A DNA stretch of 63,042 nt, filler included. It is 14 parts of 14 records of this genome, joined end to end, with 100 filler letters (N's around TTAATTAATTAA, not from the genome) between each part and the next. Parts side by side here need not be neighbours in the genome. Positions count along the whole stretch, not along the records: positions 57,165 to 63,042 come from SRR11831585_623; 13 more parts are not named here. The stretch is one strand, 5' to 3'. The position numbers and the translations under genes were made by a program. This document shows positions 62,934-63,042 of the stretch, piece by piece; position 1 is the first letter of the stretch, and each line of letters opens with the position of its first letter. The notes beneath the pieces were generated by a model. It searched no databases, was not told the origin of the DNA, and saw only the letters and a program-made list of their open reading frames with translations.

Positions 62934-63042
62934 GCCGTTGGTGCTGGTGCGTTCCTGTGTATGTCTCGTGGGCGTATATGAGTAAACGTGGCGTCCAGTA
63001 TGTTGATGCACGTTGTCTGCATCAAATGGGCGGCGTTTTTTT

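Overview
This window is not one continuous locus. It is an artificial concatenation of 14 contigs joined by 13 identical 100-bp spacers (N44-TTAATTAATTAA-N44, which has stops in all six frames). Six contigs are ordinary Escherichia coli (K-12-like) chromosome: malXY-add-ydgJ-blr-cnu-ydgK-rsxABC'; thrU'-coaA-birA-murB-rrnB T2; 'pdeD-sdaA-nudL-pabB; 'yahL-yahK; rrnB P1 UP-murI-btuB(+B12 riboswitch)-trmA-yijD-fabR-sthA-oxyR-oxyS-argHBCE; and sulA-sxy-yccS. These are probably food-bacterium or library contamination. The other eight appear to come from an unidentified intron-rich microbial eukaryote with short GT-AG introns, GTACGT/GTATGT donors and TG-microsatellite-rich introns; the intronless contig 31842-34075 is assigned only tentatively. 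The ORF track misses the spliced genes, so I assembled exons by hand and checked splice phases. The best candidate for a new system is an 18-exon, >=1105-aa gene (57166-62933) encoding a Cys-less pentameric ligand-gated ion channel fused to a very large extracellular extension (HYR-like, IPT/TIG, CUB and two bacterial-type Ig-like repeats), with an unusual M2 pore (Ala at 9'). Other eukaryotic genes are an LPMO-like plus beta-propeller protein, a membrane-anchored phage-fibre-like protein and a similar Ala/Ser/Thr/Gly repeat protein, an RP2/XRP2 ARL3-GAP, an AIG1-like membrane protein, a winged-helix protein, an RMI1/TDRD3-type OB-fold protein, and two tandem WD40 genes sharing a C-terminal HxDWRAxYR motif. 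All domain calls are by-eye motif recognition; no searches were run.
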